64,000 bases of DNA, taken from assembly GCA_964234715.1 (NCBI GenBank), contig OZ174284.1, one strand, 5' to 3'. The position numbers were made by a program, and so were the translations under genes. The notes beneath the pieces were generated by a model that did not search any database, was not told the origin of the DNA, and saw only the letters and a list, made by a program, of their open reading frames with translations. Shown here piece by piece: positions 1 through 13,000 of the stretch. Origin of the DNA: Podarcis melisellensis. Taxonomy: Eukaryota. Numbering within the stretch: position 1 is the first letter of the stretch; every line of letters starts with the position of its first letter.

Positions 1-1866
1 ATGCAGATACCTGGAGGCAGCTTTGATTATCCTCTATACACACAGGTATAGTTTTATAAAAAATGTAGCTCCCAGAAACTCACAAACCTGCTCATACTTC
101 ATAAGACAAAATAGGGGTGTGTGTGTGTCCTGCAACTTTCTAGTTTTGTGAGTCAATGCAACTATATATGAAATATAAAACACCATAAAAACAAATAGTT
201 TACAAGACTGAGTGGTAAGTTCCCCATTTAGAAGCTAACTCTTCTTGCAGATCAAGCAAGAGAACCTGACCCAGTTTTTCCAACTGTAAGTAAATCATTT
301 TCTACGTTGCGGACATCAGAATAAGTGTGCCTTTGTGACTAATACTATTTTGGCCCTGACATTATGGAGGGAACTCCTGGGGTAAAATATGTACCATGAT
401 TCACCTAACAAAACAACCCAGTTAGTGAATGTCCTGCACAAGGACTTCCCCTTGTGCAATGGGTTTCCCCTCCTCTCCACCCCCTGCTCCCCCTGAAATT
501 GGCTAAGGAGTGGGGGTCAGGGGAACCCCAACAGTATCACGCTGGGGAGGAGAAGAGAGAAGGAATTATTCTTTTCGGCAAGTTGCAATGCTTGCACAAA
601 CGGAACGTTCAACATGGCGCGATACCAATAAAATATGTAATTGATGTTGAGATGGATTGTACGACTGCCCCGTATTGTATCAGTGTATTTTGCACTGTTA
701 TCTAATTTTATTATCAAATAAAACCATTTATTATAAATTGACTCAAGGCCCCCACATTTTTTACACCATCATGTAACTGGGGTGCCTGATTTGAACAAAG
801 CATTCAACAATAAACCACTTTGGAGGAATGTTTTAGCAACGTCAGTGAGGGAGGGTAACCAGGAAATGAGGAAAGCTTCCCAAGGTCCCAAAGCCAGGTA
901 ACACAGCTGGGCCCAGGCATTCTAGACCACTGCCATGCTGATTAGTGGTGCTATGGTCAGTTGGTGGAGGTAAGTAAGAGCAGCACAACACACTAGGAAA
1001 GTAAGGGAAACCGCAGCAGGCTAGAATTGGTAAAACCTGGAGGACTTTGGGGGGCTATGTTTTGGAATTCCTTGTCATTCTTGTGAAGTAGGGAGCATCC
1101 TGGCCTCCCCCAACTTCTAAGTAATGTAGGTACAACAATGGGTTTACATTCTAGCAAATCGTAGGGTGTCTGCACGACCCCTTTATGAAACAAAGTCATC
1201 CTGGTGCTGTGGGAGAGGTGCTGCAGCAGTTCCCACATCACAGGCCAAATGTAAGAATCTGCTTCAAGGCTAACATTCCCCAGTCTGGTGCCCTGAGGAT
1301 ATCGTTGGACCCCCAACTTCCATCAACTCTACGCAGCATAGCTAATGGTCTGGGGGTAATGAGAGTTGTACTAGAACAGGCCAGAGAAGGCAAGTTTAGG
1401 CACATTATCCAACTTATAGAGAGACAGTAAGGTCCAGGATAAGCTCTGATCCTGAGATAGGATACCCCTTTCAGTGGTATTTAATGGGGGCAGGGGAGAG
1501 AAAAAATATCCTAAACCGCTAAATTGTCCTGAAATATCTTTTGTAAGCCACCTTGGGAGTGAGTGGCTTTTCTCTGAAGGGTAGCATGTAAGTAATTCAG
1601 ATAAACAAACAGATGGATAAAGGATGCACCTGTAATCTCAGCAATGAATGGGAAGCCCACAGAAGCATTAGATTATACTTCTCTTCTCATTACAATGCAA
1701 AACCAAGCTGAAGGCCACCTAGACTGCTCATTTTAGATCCAGAAACCAGTATGTCACTCCTCTTACAGCACCCAGTATAACAACTGGGTGCTATCAGGTT
1801 TTTGTTTGGTACACCAACCTACTATACAACGTAACCATAACAACAGAATGTAAGAAGTTATATGTG

Positions 1867-1927
1867 TAAAGGTAAAAGGTAAAGGGACCCCTGACCATTA
1901 GGTCCGGTCGTGACCGACTCTGGGGTT
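1867..1927 (-). mobile_element. 5'-truncated Sauria SINE 3' end
   Basis: (aaaggt)n then gggacccctg...gactctggggtt, reverse-complement similar to the tail of the 29908 element. Confidence 0.8.
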
Positions 1928-2117
1928 ACCTTAAATCAAACAATGATAAAAGGAATTCTGGGTTTGCTTGTGTTACTGGTTTTGGGGAAGGGAAGATCAA
2001 GAGGTCTGCTGACACTATTCAGTTTTAGGAGAAAACTCAAAACAGAAAGGGTATGTGGCCTACTTGTGGAAGCAGGAAGACAGGGAAAGGAGGACAGAGC
2101 ATGCAGAATGAAATCAC

Positions 2118-2216
2118 CTGCTGACTGGGGTACGATGGAGAGGAAGTGCAAATGGAGGAAGAAGAGAGCATGATCACTTTTTTGGGGCAGGTCCGAGAAC
2201 GCTCCTTTTTCCTCAT
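2118..2216 (-). CDS. MICAL3: MICAL3 cassette exon B (99 nt, [33 protein letters not shown])
   Basis: Long pyrimidine tract, acaaag|ATG ... CAG|gtgatt, phase 0-0; SRTCPKKVI matches a mammalian MICAL3 isoform insert as recalled. Confidence 0.82.
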
Positions 2217-3990
2217 CTTTGTTTACAAACAAGGGAGAAAAGAAAAGAATAATAATAATAATAGAACAAGAAGAAACATGGTCAATGATGATGGTTATTA
2301 GTTGTGGCAAGGCCACAGACTAAAGTTTCCCCAAACAGCGGATGAAATATTAAAATTCTTTCTGGATTATACCAGTTCAGGTTACCCGGGAGTGGAAGGG
2401 CTCTGAATGGTCCCTCAGCACACACAAAAACTAAGTACTACTAAGTAGCACAGCCTTTGCCTAACAGAAAGCTGACATTGGAGCAGGGAATTTTTCATTC
2501 AACCATATGGTTGCCTATCTAAAGTTGTCCAGGGATAATTTTACCACCACCACTGTGTCTGTATGTGAGCAAGGCCTCAGAAATGCATCGTGCGGAGGAT
2601 GTTGATCTTGCTTCTCTTTCTCAGTTGACAAGTAGGAACCAGCATTGTTGCGCATCAACGCAAGTGAGCTGTATTTCCTCATGAGGTGGACAATGTCGTT
2701 TGAAGTCCCCGTGTCAATACAAGCATAGCTGGCCATTATATGATGCCTCATTTATCTGAATGGCTCAACCCACAGGTGACATGAGGGATATATAAATGAA
2801 ATTCGGGTAACAGGGATTCAAATATAAGTAGTTCTGTTTGGAATCTCAAAGGCATCAAATTGGCCCATGTCTAAAAAGGGCATTTTTTATGCAGCTGCTG
2901 TTGAGCTACAGAATACCCTATTCCTTTCAAATGTAACACACACCAAAAGGTGCAGGGCATAAAATAAAGAAATTTTACCAAACTTTTATTTGCCGCACAC
3001 TAAATGCTGGAAGCTGAATGTTAACATGACAAAAAATATGCAAATCTCCGTTCATTCCTGGTGCTCATATTTATGTGTACTGGGGGTTGGGGGTTGGTAA
3101 CCCCTTCTAGTCCAGCCAAAAGCCAAAATGCAGTGATTTTTAAAATTGCACTTGACTGTGTATTTTGTTGTATAAAATGCCCTCCTGGAGGCGGGGCAGG
3201 CAGTGCTGTGTTTCAAAAAGCAGTATATAAACACCACCACCACTAACGTTCCTTATTTTGAAAATATTGGTCCACTTTGGATTTTTTTATTTTTTTTGCT
3301 ATGCAAATCCAAAAGCCCTTCTTAAAAAATGAATCTTAAGCACTTTTAACTCTGGTAAATCTAAAGCCTAAAGGGAAAGATTTGTGTATTGTTCGTGCAG
3401 GTCAAGAGCTGTCAACATCCGTAAGGCACATTAGGAATGTTTCCCATCCCTGCTCAAATTGAGGGGAAAGGAGAAAGCTAATGGGGACCCTTAATAAAAT
3501 CCAGGACGTCATTGACTGTCTCCCACCAATTTTAGCCAGATCATGTCCACCTCATATAGCCTTCTAAAAAAAAATTAGCTAAGAGAATAATGTTCGTTGT
3601 TTTTTCGTTAAGGTGGCAGTCACACCTGCTGGCCTTCCTATAATTAGAACATTGTATTCCATCTTCAAGTAGGATGCATTTCTGAGTTCAGAAAAGGCCC
3701 GTAGTAAATGATGCTCACATTAGTAAGTATAAAATGGAGGAAGATTCCACTTGACAGAAACAGGTTGGCTGGCATAGTTCTATTCCATCTTAATGGCTGG
3801 CTCTGGTCACTTCAACTCAAATGGATCTTTGGGTGTTATCATTACCAAAAAGTGTGTGTTTACTGCATATCCATATATCCTTCCAAGAAAAACCCGAGAC
3901 AGATATATTCCTTGACAACAACACCTTGATCTTACCACCCTCTGACCCCAGACTTCAAACAGGCAACTTCCAGTTTCACAGGCTTCCTTT

Positions 3991-4029
<39 letters not shown>

Positions 4030-7000
4030 CTCTCAAGTGATGTAAGTAAGCAAATGAATGATGAAGTTAAGAGAATGAGATGAAGTTCATTGGAATTAAC
4101 AAAAAGACACAATTATTCCTACGACACGTAATAGCATGGGTTTCCACCACTTCTAGCAGCACAGCAGATTCAGCTCTTTTTAATAAGACACCAATCAAGA
4201 AATCCTCAAAGAGTAACCATCAGAGGCAAGGATATTTTATAATCATGCACATAACTCCTGCAGGTAATTCAATCCCATTTCTTTAAGAGCTTAACAACTC
4301 GTAGCATGATCATGGATATCATGGATATTTTCTTGCAAAAAACGGTGGATGTGTTGACCTAAGTGTTGGTGGAACAGTAAATACAAAAAAACACATTGAC
4401 TCAGGAATTATTTTAAGAGTCCCTTCCTTAATGCACATAACCATTACTTTCCAGAGCCACTTTGCATTGTGCAGGTACTTCTCATTGTACTGTATACTTT
4501 CTCTGTAGCGCTAAAAGAAAAATTAGGCAACAGGAACTAGTACAGAGGCAGTGAACACACTTGACTGCATTTCTTAAATCAATGGGGGTAAACAGGACTC
4601 ATGGATCAAGCTGGTTACCTGTATAAACAGTAGCAAACTGAGGGGCCAGTTCATCAGGTGCAAAAATCAGGGTCAGATGGAAAGCTAGAGAGAACAGGGT
4701 TTGCCGGCCACATCTTTCCCTACGACCAGGACCATGTTTTCATTCAAGTGTCTCCTAGAATTCTTAAATACCAGTTCTGCCATGTCTTCTCAAGAAAGAA
4801 AACATAGGATGCTACATCTGACATGCTGGAACCTTCTAGGCAAGAGAGACAGGTGCTTTCCATCTGAATTGTTGGATTTGATTCACCATATCTAAGTGTC
4901 TAAACTGAAGTTTGGAAAAACCAGTCTATCTGCCTTCAAAAAAGCCCGAAGAATCTTAACAGAATGTACCCAAATTATTCTGTTAACTGTACTTGGAAAA
5001 TCAGGCAAGAGTGAAATGCCTCAAGAACATGCCCAGCCAAAGCAGGTTTGCCTATACCCTAAAATCTCTGGCAAGGCCAAAAGCACTCTCTCATCAAATA
5101 CAATAGTAATAACCATGGGATTTATGTGGATAACAATATCCCAGTGAAGCTATGAAAATTTGAATCTAGGCTATGGCTATGAATTTAGGCCAAAAAGACA
5201 AATCTGGAAAATACCAGTCTAGACAAACAGAAAGTAGAAAGTCACATGTGTATGGGTTATGTGGATGTAGGTTTGTGATCTTAGGTGTACCTACTTGGCA
5301 GTAAGAACAATTCAGTTCAATACAACCAATTAAACATGCATGGGACTGTTGCAAGAGTCTTAGATTTTAATGACATGCTAAATAGAAAGTCATCCTGCCC
5401 TTTTGAAAAATCTCTTTTCCAGCAAATAATTTCCGTGGTTCATGGTACTGAACCCAGCTCATGTTTCCTAGTTACTGGACAGCTTGAGCTGAATTTCTGC
5501 TACATTCACAAGTATCTAACTGGCTTGGATGAAGTGCCCTCACCTCCACTGCCTTCAAAAGGCATGCACAACTTTAGCCAGAAAAGGGTGGAGGCCTGTG
5601 TCTTCTGGCCCAATGGTGGCTACCCAAAATAAAAGCATATTTGTGGACACTACATGGAATGGAGTGCGATGAATAGCAGATGATGATGGATGAAAAGAAA
5701 ATGGTCAGCAACATGAGCTTACTGGAGTTGCAGGCTGGTGACCTTAATTCATTTCTACCCCTGCTTCCATCTATGTGTTAAGCACATTTGAAGGGAGGAA
5801 ATAATATCAGAAGCTGTATCACTGTCACTCATCCCTTTTTCAGATCTCTTGAATATACAAACAGTATTTACAAAAAGCGTATTGACGCACAAGCTATTCC
5901 TGCATTTATTTTCTGAAATGATTTTTATTTGCTCGTGCTAATTCATCATGGGATGAGAAAGCGCTGCCATCATTACATTACGAAGGTTCTCTATACAAAA
6001 TATGTTTTAAATAATGCTAGTATGTATAGCAACTACAAGCCAGAGCAGAAGGTGATAAAATCTGTTTCCTAAATTATCTATTCCAATCAGGCAAACGTGG
6101 GTTGGTTTGGTGTGGTTTTTTTTACTGACACTACCATTCAATTCCAATTTAAAAAGTGAAATAAAATCCCTCAGTTGAAAGTGATGGAGAATATTAGAAC
6201 TTTTAAAAATTAAATACGAAAACAGCTGTCAATATCTTGTCTGTTACAAGTGGAATAGTTATTTCAAAGAAAGCAATGTCTCTGAAGATGAAGACCAAAG
6301 TCCATGGCAAGAATGACAAAAGCCTTACCAGTTTCAATGAAAATGGATAGTTCAGGGTTCTATCATAGGCAGTAAGAAATGTGATCAGTACACAATGACC
6401 TCAACCTGCTAATATGAGCCTGTGAGAAATCACAAGCAGAGGAGGTACAGTATAATAACAAGGAACATCTCTCTACTCTGTCTCTTACTTCAGACAAATG
6501 GCTGATTCTCCCATTCTGTTTTCCAATGTTTAGGATCTCCCCTTTGAGTGATCTTCATGGATACCAGAACAATGTTGTCGAAACACATTAACTGATTACC
6601 CAACCCGCTCTTGAACCCTCCAGAAATCAAATCTGGATTACACAAATTAACAAGTAAGCAAACATAGACTGAGTTTCCTAAGGCTCATTTACAAGAGTAA
6701 GCCCCTAGTTGGACAAGCGAGCACAACTTCTGCTCAAATATTCACCAATGGTCAGGAACAGGGAGACAGTGAAAAGATGACATAGCCCTTTAATGTGAGC
6801 CACACCTACTGTCAAATTACATACAGGCTTTCCCTTTTAAAACAGTGCCAGTCCACAGGAATAACCTGGAAATTTGGTATGGAAAAGCAGCAGCCAATGG
6901 GGTGGTAGCTTAGATGGATTGAGCATCACAGTCATTCATTCGGTTTCGTTTTACCTGTTTCCACTGAGGCATGGGGGCAAAGCGGCCCTGCTCTCGCTGT

Positions 7001-10000
7001 CGGTAGGCTGGCTGGGTGAGAGCACGGTCTTGATAAGGCTGGGCAGACTGTTGCATGCAGGTCATAGAATAAGCAGGATGGAGGCCACAGAGGGCATTAA
7101 CACCAAACGCAAAACGAAACTCACAAAGAAACCCACAAGGGGATGAGGTAAATGTTGGGACAGGGTGGTCAGCAGACAGACATTTAGGAGAAGAAGAAAA
7201 AAAAAACGGAGTAAGGAAAAATTAGTTGGCAAATAAAATCGTATGAAAATGGAGAAAAGTAAAGAAAAAATGAAGATGTGAACTTAAGATATAGAGGGCC
7301 GCATTTTATTTATTTTGGAATGGTTTATTTTAATAATGTTAGGTTGCAGCTGAAAGGGGTTTAAACTATTAGAGAACCAAACATTCCTGGAATTCTCTCA
7401 AGAATTGAGAGCGAAGCAGCTGCACATTCATTCTCAAACCGTGATGGAGAAGGCTCCAAAATCTTGCATCTTAACTGAGATTATTGGCTTCAGGAAGGAT
7501 TCTCTACTGATAGGCTTTTATGGGTTTTTCTACCCACCTTCCTGAAGAACCGAAATGGACACAATTTAAGGAGGGGTAAAAGAACAGGCACTTTGCTAGA
7601 GGGCTAAAACATTCTTTCTGAAAGCCTCTTCGCTTTCTTTTACTTTCACACTCAGAAAATGCCATATTAAAGGGACAGAAAAAAGTTTTCCTATGGCCCA
7701 TTTGGTGTTTTGGATCTTCTCCTGGGATATGCAGGACAGCATGCTTGCCTCAGCCATATGAATTTGTTTTAGTCCTTGTGTACTCCCTTGCCCTGAAGAC
7801 ATTCCTATGACAGAATTGCAAGTGAAAACATGAAAACATGATTCCGCTTGCAGTATATTATAAAACGGATTTTCTATGCTCGCAGATTTGTTTTATTATT
7901 TAACTTTCCCAACTATGCTCAAGCAGGTTAAAATTACACAGGGTGCCAAGGTGATGAGTGCAGCACTCCAGCTAGGAGGATCTGCTTTCCTAAACAGAAA
8001 ATCTGGTTATGTATGGAGTGATTCACAGGGCAAACGATGGGGAGCCTTCTCTCGTATGTTCAACTGATGGCACCGCACCAAAGATTAGCTCATAGATGAC
8101 TCACTTGACACACACAACTCATGTAGCTGCATCTCCCAGAATGGGGCATAAAACATACATATGAACAAATGGGGGTGGCAGAAGTCAACAGTATCGTCAT
8201 ACAGAAATCTGCATGAATAGAAAGCCTGGTTAAACCTACAGAACTGAAGAACCGTTCTAATCCTTGGGGCAAAGATGGAGCAACATGCAAGCAGCTCTTT
8301 GCATTAGAAAAGCTGCCCTCTATCAAAATAGTACAAAACTCGTAAGTGCAAGAACAGTAGTTACTAAGGATGGAGTTTCCCCTCTATCCTTAAGATGTTT
8401 CACCTATATGACTTATTTGAGAAAAAGGAGGTACCCTGGTCAAAGCCAACAAGCCTCCAGATTCTCCCTGCCAGAAAAACCCAAAACATCCTACTAGCTA
8501 AGCCATTAGCTGAGGTGCAAATGACATTCAAGCTGAAAAGCCTCTTCCTACCTGTCTCCGGATGCCTGTGGACTGTGCGGGGGCATTCTCCTCAAATTTG
8601 GCCAGCAGCTGTGTTGCCATGGACTTCACTTTATTCTGATTCCCAATGGCGGCATCAATTCTCCTCTCTGTCAGGGCGCTCACCAGAGTGGGCCTCTCTT
8701 CTCGGTAGCTTCGGGAAGAGTCCTCCTGGCAAATTGAAATGGATTATACACTAATGGATTCCCTTTCCAGAGCCACTTTCCGCATATCTCCAATTTTGTG
8801 CATCACTCCTAATTTTCAAAACACATCTTCCTTCTCGCCAGTTTACCCCGCTCACTATATGCCCATCTACCTGCGAAATTGCTCTTGCTATGAGAATGTG
8901 CAATGAAATTTAGATAAACAGAAGGAAGGGGCCATAGCTCAGTGATACAACACGATCTTTGCATGCAGGAGGTCCCCATCTTCGAGCTGAAAGGATCAGA
9001 GAGCAGGTGATGGGAAAGACATTTGCCTGAGGTCCTGAGAGTTCCAAAATTTCAGTAAACCTAACCTGAACTTGCCCATCTGAGCTAACTGACTCTCTCC
9101 CTGCATGCCATAGCATTAAGAGGAATTCAAGGAGAAAAATCCCATTGCTCAAGATTACAAATGCTAATGTACTGTACATCTCTCTATCAGGATGCACTGC
9201 ATATCTTCATATATTCCTGAAAGCTCACCTCCAAACAAAGCAACATTGCTCAGGTTTAGCTGGAAACATCTTGCAGTAAGCAAAACAGTGACCATAATCG
9301 GAGCCTTTTGTATTCAAAACAATTACACCTCTCTGACAGTTTGGGTGGATGATTTGGTTTTACAAACACCTGGAGGGGGGGCATGTTTCTGAGCTAAAAT
9401 AGAGGCGGGATCACATGACTGAATCCCCTCCCTTGCACACAGAAAATTGAACAGTTGTTTTTGGGAGGAACCTCCTGTGCAGAGGAAGGCAAAACGGAAA
9501 ACTAAACAAAACAGATTACTCTCTTTCTTACATCTTCTGACTGGCTTGTCTTCCTCCTCTTTCCTGCACCATCCAGGTCCTTCTCCTTTTTATCCTGGGC
9601 AGAGAAAAGGGAAAAAACCATTGAGCCCATATTTTCTCAGCCTATAATAACGCCTATAATAAATCTACTTTGCATTTTAAGTAAAACACATACCTAACCT
9701 TCCCATCTAAAATAAGCAGGTGCCTGAATAGCTGATGGCATGTCCTGGGGGACACATTAGCTCTGTGTAACCTGAATTACAAGTGATTTGCGGAAGGTTC
9801 CCATGTTCTCAAGTTAGATGACACCATCAACAAAGCATCTCAAGGTGGATCAGGGTATCCCTGAACTGGGCATAAACATAAGCACTCTTTCTACAAATTT
9901 ATCCCCAAAGCAAAGTGGTTACCTTTGGTGTCCGTTTCCGAGAGATGCTCTGCCCCAATTTGCTGAAGAAGGAGATTGGAGATTTAGCAGTAGCAATTAA

Positions 10001-13000
10001 TGCAGCTTTTTCTTCTGCATTCAGTTCCAGGTTATCTGTGAGCAGAAACAAATATGATTAGTTGAGACATAGCAAAATCTGAGACTAAACACCCTAAAGA
10101 GAGTTCCATTTCTTCTCATATATGAGCATTAGCATTCTATATCCTTCTTTTTCTCTCTGCCCTCTCACTTTTCCTTTGCCTAAACTTTATGCAGCAAAAC
10201 ACCCAAATCAATATTCTATTCAATCTCTTTTCCATTCTAGAAAAAGGCTGACCATTTAAGATATTTTTGCTTAAAGTTCTTCAGAACTCTTTTTAGGAGA
10301 GGCATACAACCTTTCCCTATCTGCTTTCTCTGTTCCATCAGAAATATTCCCAAATAGGACGGGAAAGTATGTGTCTTCATCTCCACTTCAGGGATAGATT
10401 ACAACATTGCTGCTGGATCCTTACCTGTGAAGCTGGAGCTTCAGGAAGCAGCAAACACCCCAAATGCCTTCCTAGGCATTACAATTTTTAAATATTTGTG
10501 GCATTTGCAATACAATTCAAAACGCACAATGGATCAATAAATTAATAACTGTGTGTAGCTGTAGATTGCCCACCACCAATGAGTCAGTGCCCCCTGAAAG
10601 AAAGAAAAAATCCCCAGCTTGGAATACAGCGTTCAAGAACTATTTCTAGCAGATATAGCCTAGTTTTCTTACCACCAGAAGGAAGAGAGTCCTTGAACAT
10701 TTCGTAGAACTGGGTGAGATACATGACCATGGACAGCTTGTCTGGTTCACCAACTGATGCCATATCTTTGCCAGTCATGATGGGAGAGATCCCAAACTCT
10801 TTCTCAGCAACGTCAAATGCCAGCTGGTTATTCTTCTCTACATTGTGTTCATCTAGAGAGTCAAAGTCTCTGGAGGGAAGAAAATGTGTTGCCTAAAGGT
10901 TAATTCCTCTATACCCACTAATCATTAGGAAACTACAAAATCCTCTCACTAGCAGCCACCAGATCTTATCTCATTATCCCCTCACATTTCTATGGAGGAC
11001 AAGTCTATCGTCAGCTACTGACCATGAGGGCTATGCTTTGCCTCCATGGCTGGAAGCAGTTTCCTTCTGAATACTACAGGAGGGGAGTGATCTTTGCTCA
11101 TTTCCTGCTTGCAGGCTTCCCCCGTGCATCTGGTTGGCCATTATGACAAGAGAATGCTGATTATATGGGTCATTGGCCTCATCCAGCAATTCTTACTCCT
11201 CTCCCGACCCCCACACCATTCGGACCATCTAACGTCAGGATGCCCTCTTCAACTTAACATTCAGTTTCTTACATGAGGTCAGGGCGATATCGGTGGATAA
11301 TGGCACACAGCGCTAGGCCGCTCTTCCAAGACATTGTAAGATCTGTTACGTTTACACCGGCATATCCGTCCGTCTGCCTCTGACACCAGCCCAGGAGTTT
11401 GCTAGAGCGAGCCACCGACTCTAAATACAAACACACAGATATGCAACTGTTGTTCCAGGTGCTCAGCACTGTTGTCCAGAATACAGTGGTACCTCCCAAG
11501 ACGAAATTAATTCATTCTGCGAATTTTTCGTCTTGCGAAGCACGGATTCCCATAGGAATGCATTGAAAATCAATTAATGCGTTCCTATGGTCAAAAAAAG
11601 TTTAAAAATGACCAAAGTGTACAGTAAATAGATAAGAAGCGTACTGATGAAGTAAAAAGGAATATATCCTTCTGCCACACAGACACACACACACACAAAA
11701 CTTCAAATAACATTTTCCATTATCATGCCTGTACACAAAAGTTAAATAATACAGCTTGTGTTTATCAAAGACTGCGAATTGTCAAAGGGACTTTGAAGTC
11801 ACTTAGGGACATTGAACGTGGCTTTTAAGAAAATATCCAGGCAATACTCTTCTAAAATGTATCATCTGAGAACCTGACTTCTGATTGCCACTGACATAGA
11901 CTGTAGTTTTGAAACTCACGAGAGGGGAGAGAAGAAAGTGCCACAAAAGGAATGGGGAAGAATGGGAGCTTACCATTCCGCGACAACTTTGGTGTCCTGG
12001 AGTTCACCAAATTCTCTATTTCCAGGTGAATGTCTTTCAAGTCTCCTGTATCATACAAATGACGTACCTGCACCAGTTCAAAAAGATTTGATTATTATCT
12101 CAAGCTTCAAAGAAGAATGCAAAAAAGTTAAGCATTCCTTGAATGACACAGGTGCGAGTGAACTATGTAAGTATCTGCAGAATAGTCACTCTCATGACAG
12201 CAGGGATGAGCACCTTGTGGCCTTCCAAATGCCGGATTCAAACTTCAGCCCCAGCTTCAACACCCTAATTTTAAAATATACCCAACGAAATGCAGAAATC
12301 AACATCCTTTAAGATAGAGAGAGAGAGAACGAAAGAAATCAACATCCCTGATGGGATTCAAAGGCTGTGTAACTTCTATTTAATGGCAAGCTTCTGTCTT
12401 GTAGCCATTACTTTCATGTTGTATATTGATTTTGTTTTATACTAGCTTTGTATTTTGTTCTTCTCCGCAATCCAAAAAAGCAATAAATAAACATAAATAT
12501 GTAAAATAAATGAATACTAAGTTACAAAGTTAGGGTAACTTTGGGCAATGGATTTCTGCCTGCTCCACTCGTCCTGTCTGTTGATTAATGATATACAGAT
12601 GGATAGACAGATAAAATCTACTTGTTTCACTATCCTCAAAGACTTAAAGCCATCTCCTTTTCAACTTAGCAATTTAAAAAAATGGGATGCAACTCTACAC
12701 AGAGAGATTGGAGTCCCATGCCCTACCACCGCGTATTTCAGATCAGACACCCGCTCCCACCTTTCACCCATTCCAAACCATGAGCAGCCTGCTCTTCCCA
12801 ACAATTCCTCTTACATCTGACTCAAGGTACAGTACACAAACAAGAAGAGATCAAGACAGCCACATCAAGGAGACACGGGACTCAAAGTGCATTTAAGCAC
12901 ACTGGAAGAGCCCAGGATTAAAGCAATTACCTGGGCTGGTCGCAGGAAGTTGACATTGATGTTTGGATACCGTGTGACAGGGTCAATGCAGTACTGGCTA

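Noticed and set aside
2515-2751. 78-aa ORF in a CpG-containing patch near cassette exon B
   Set aside because: No recognisable homology and no convincing phase-compatible splice pair on the MICAL3 strand
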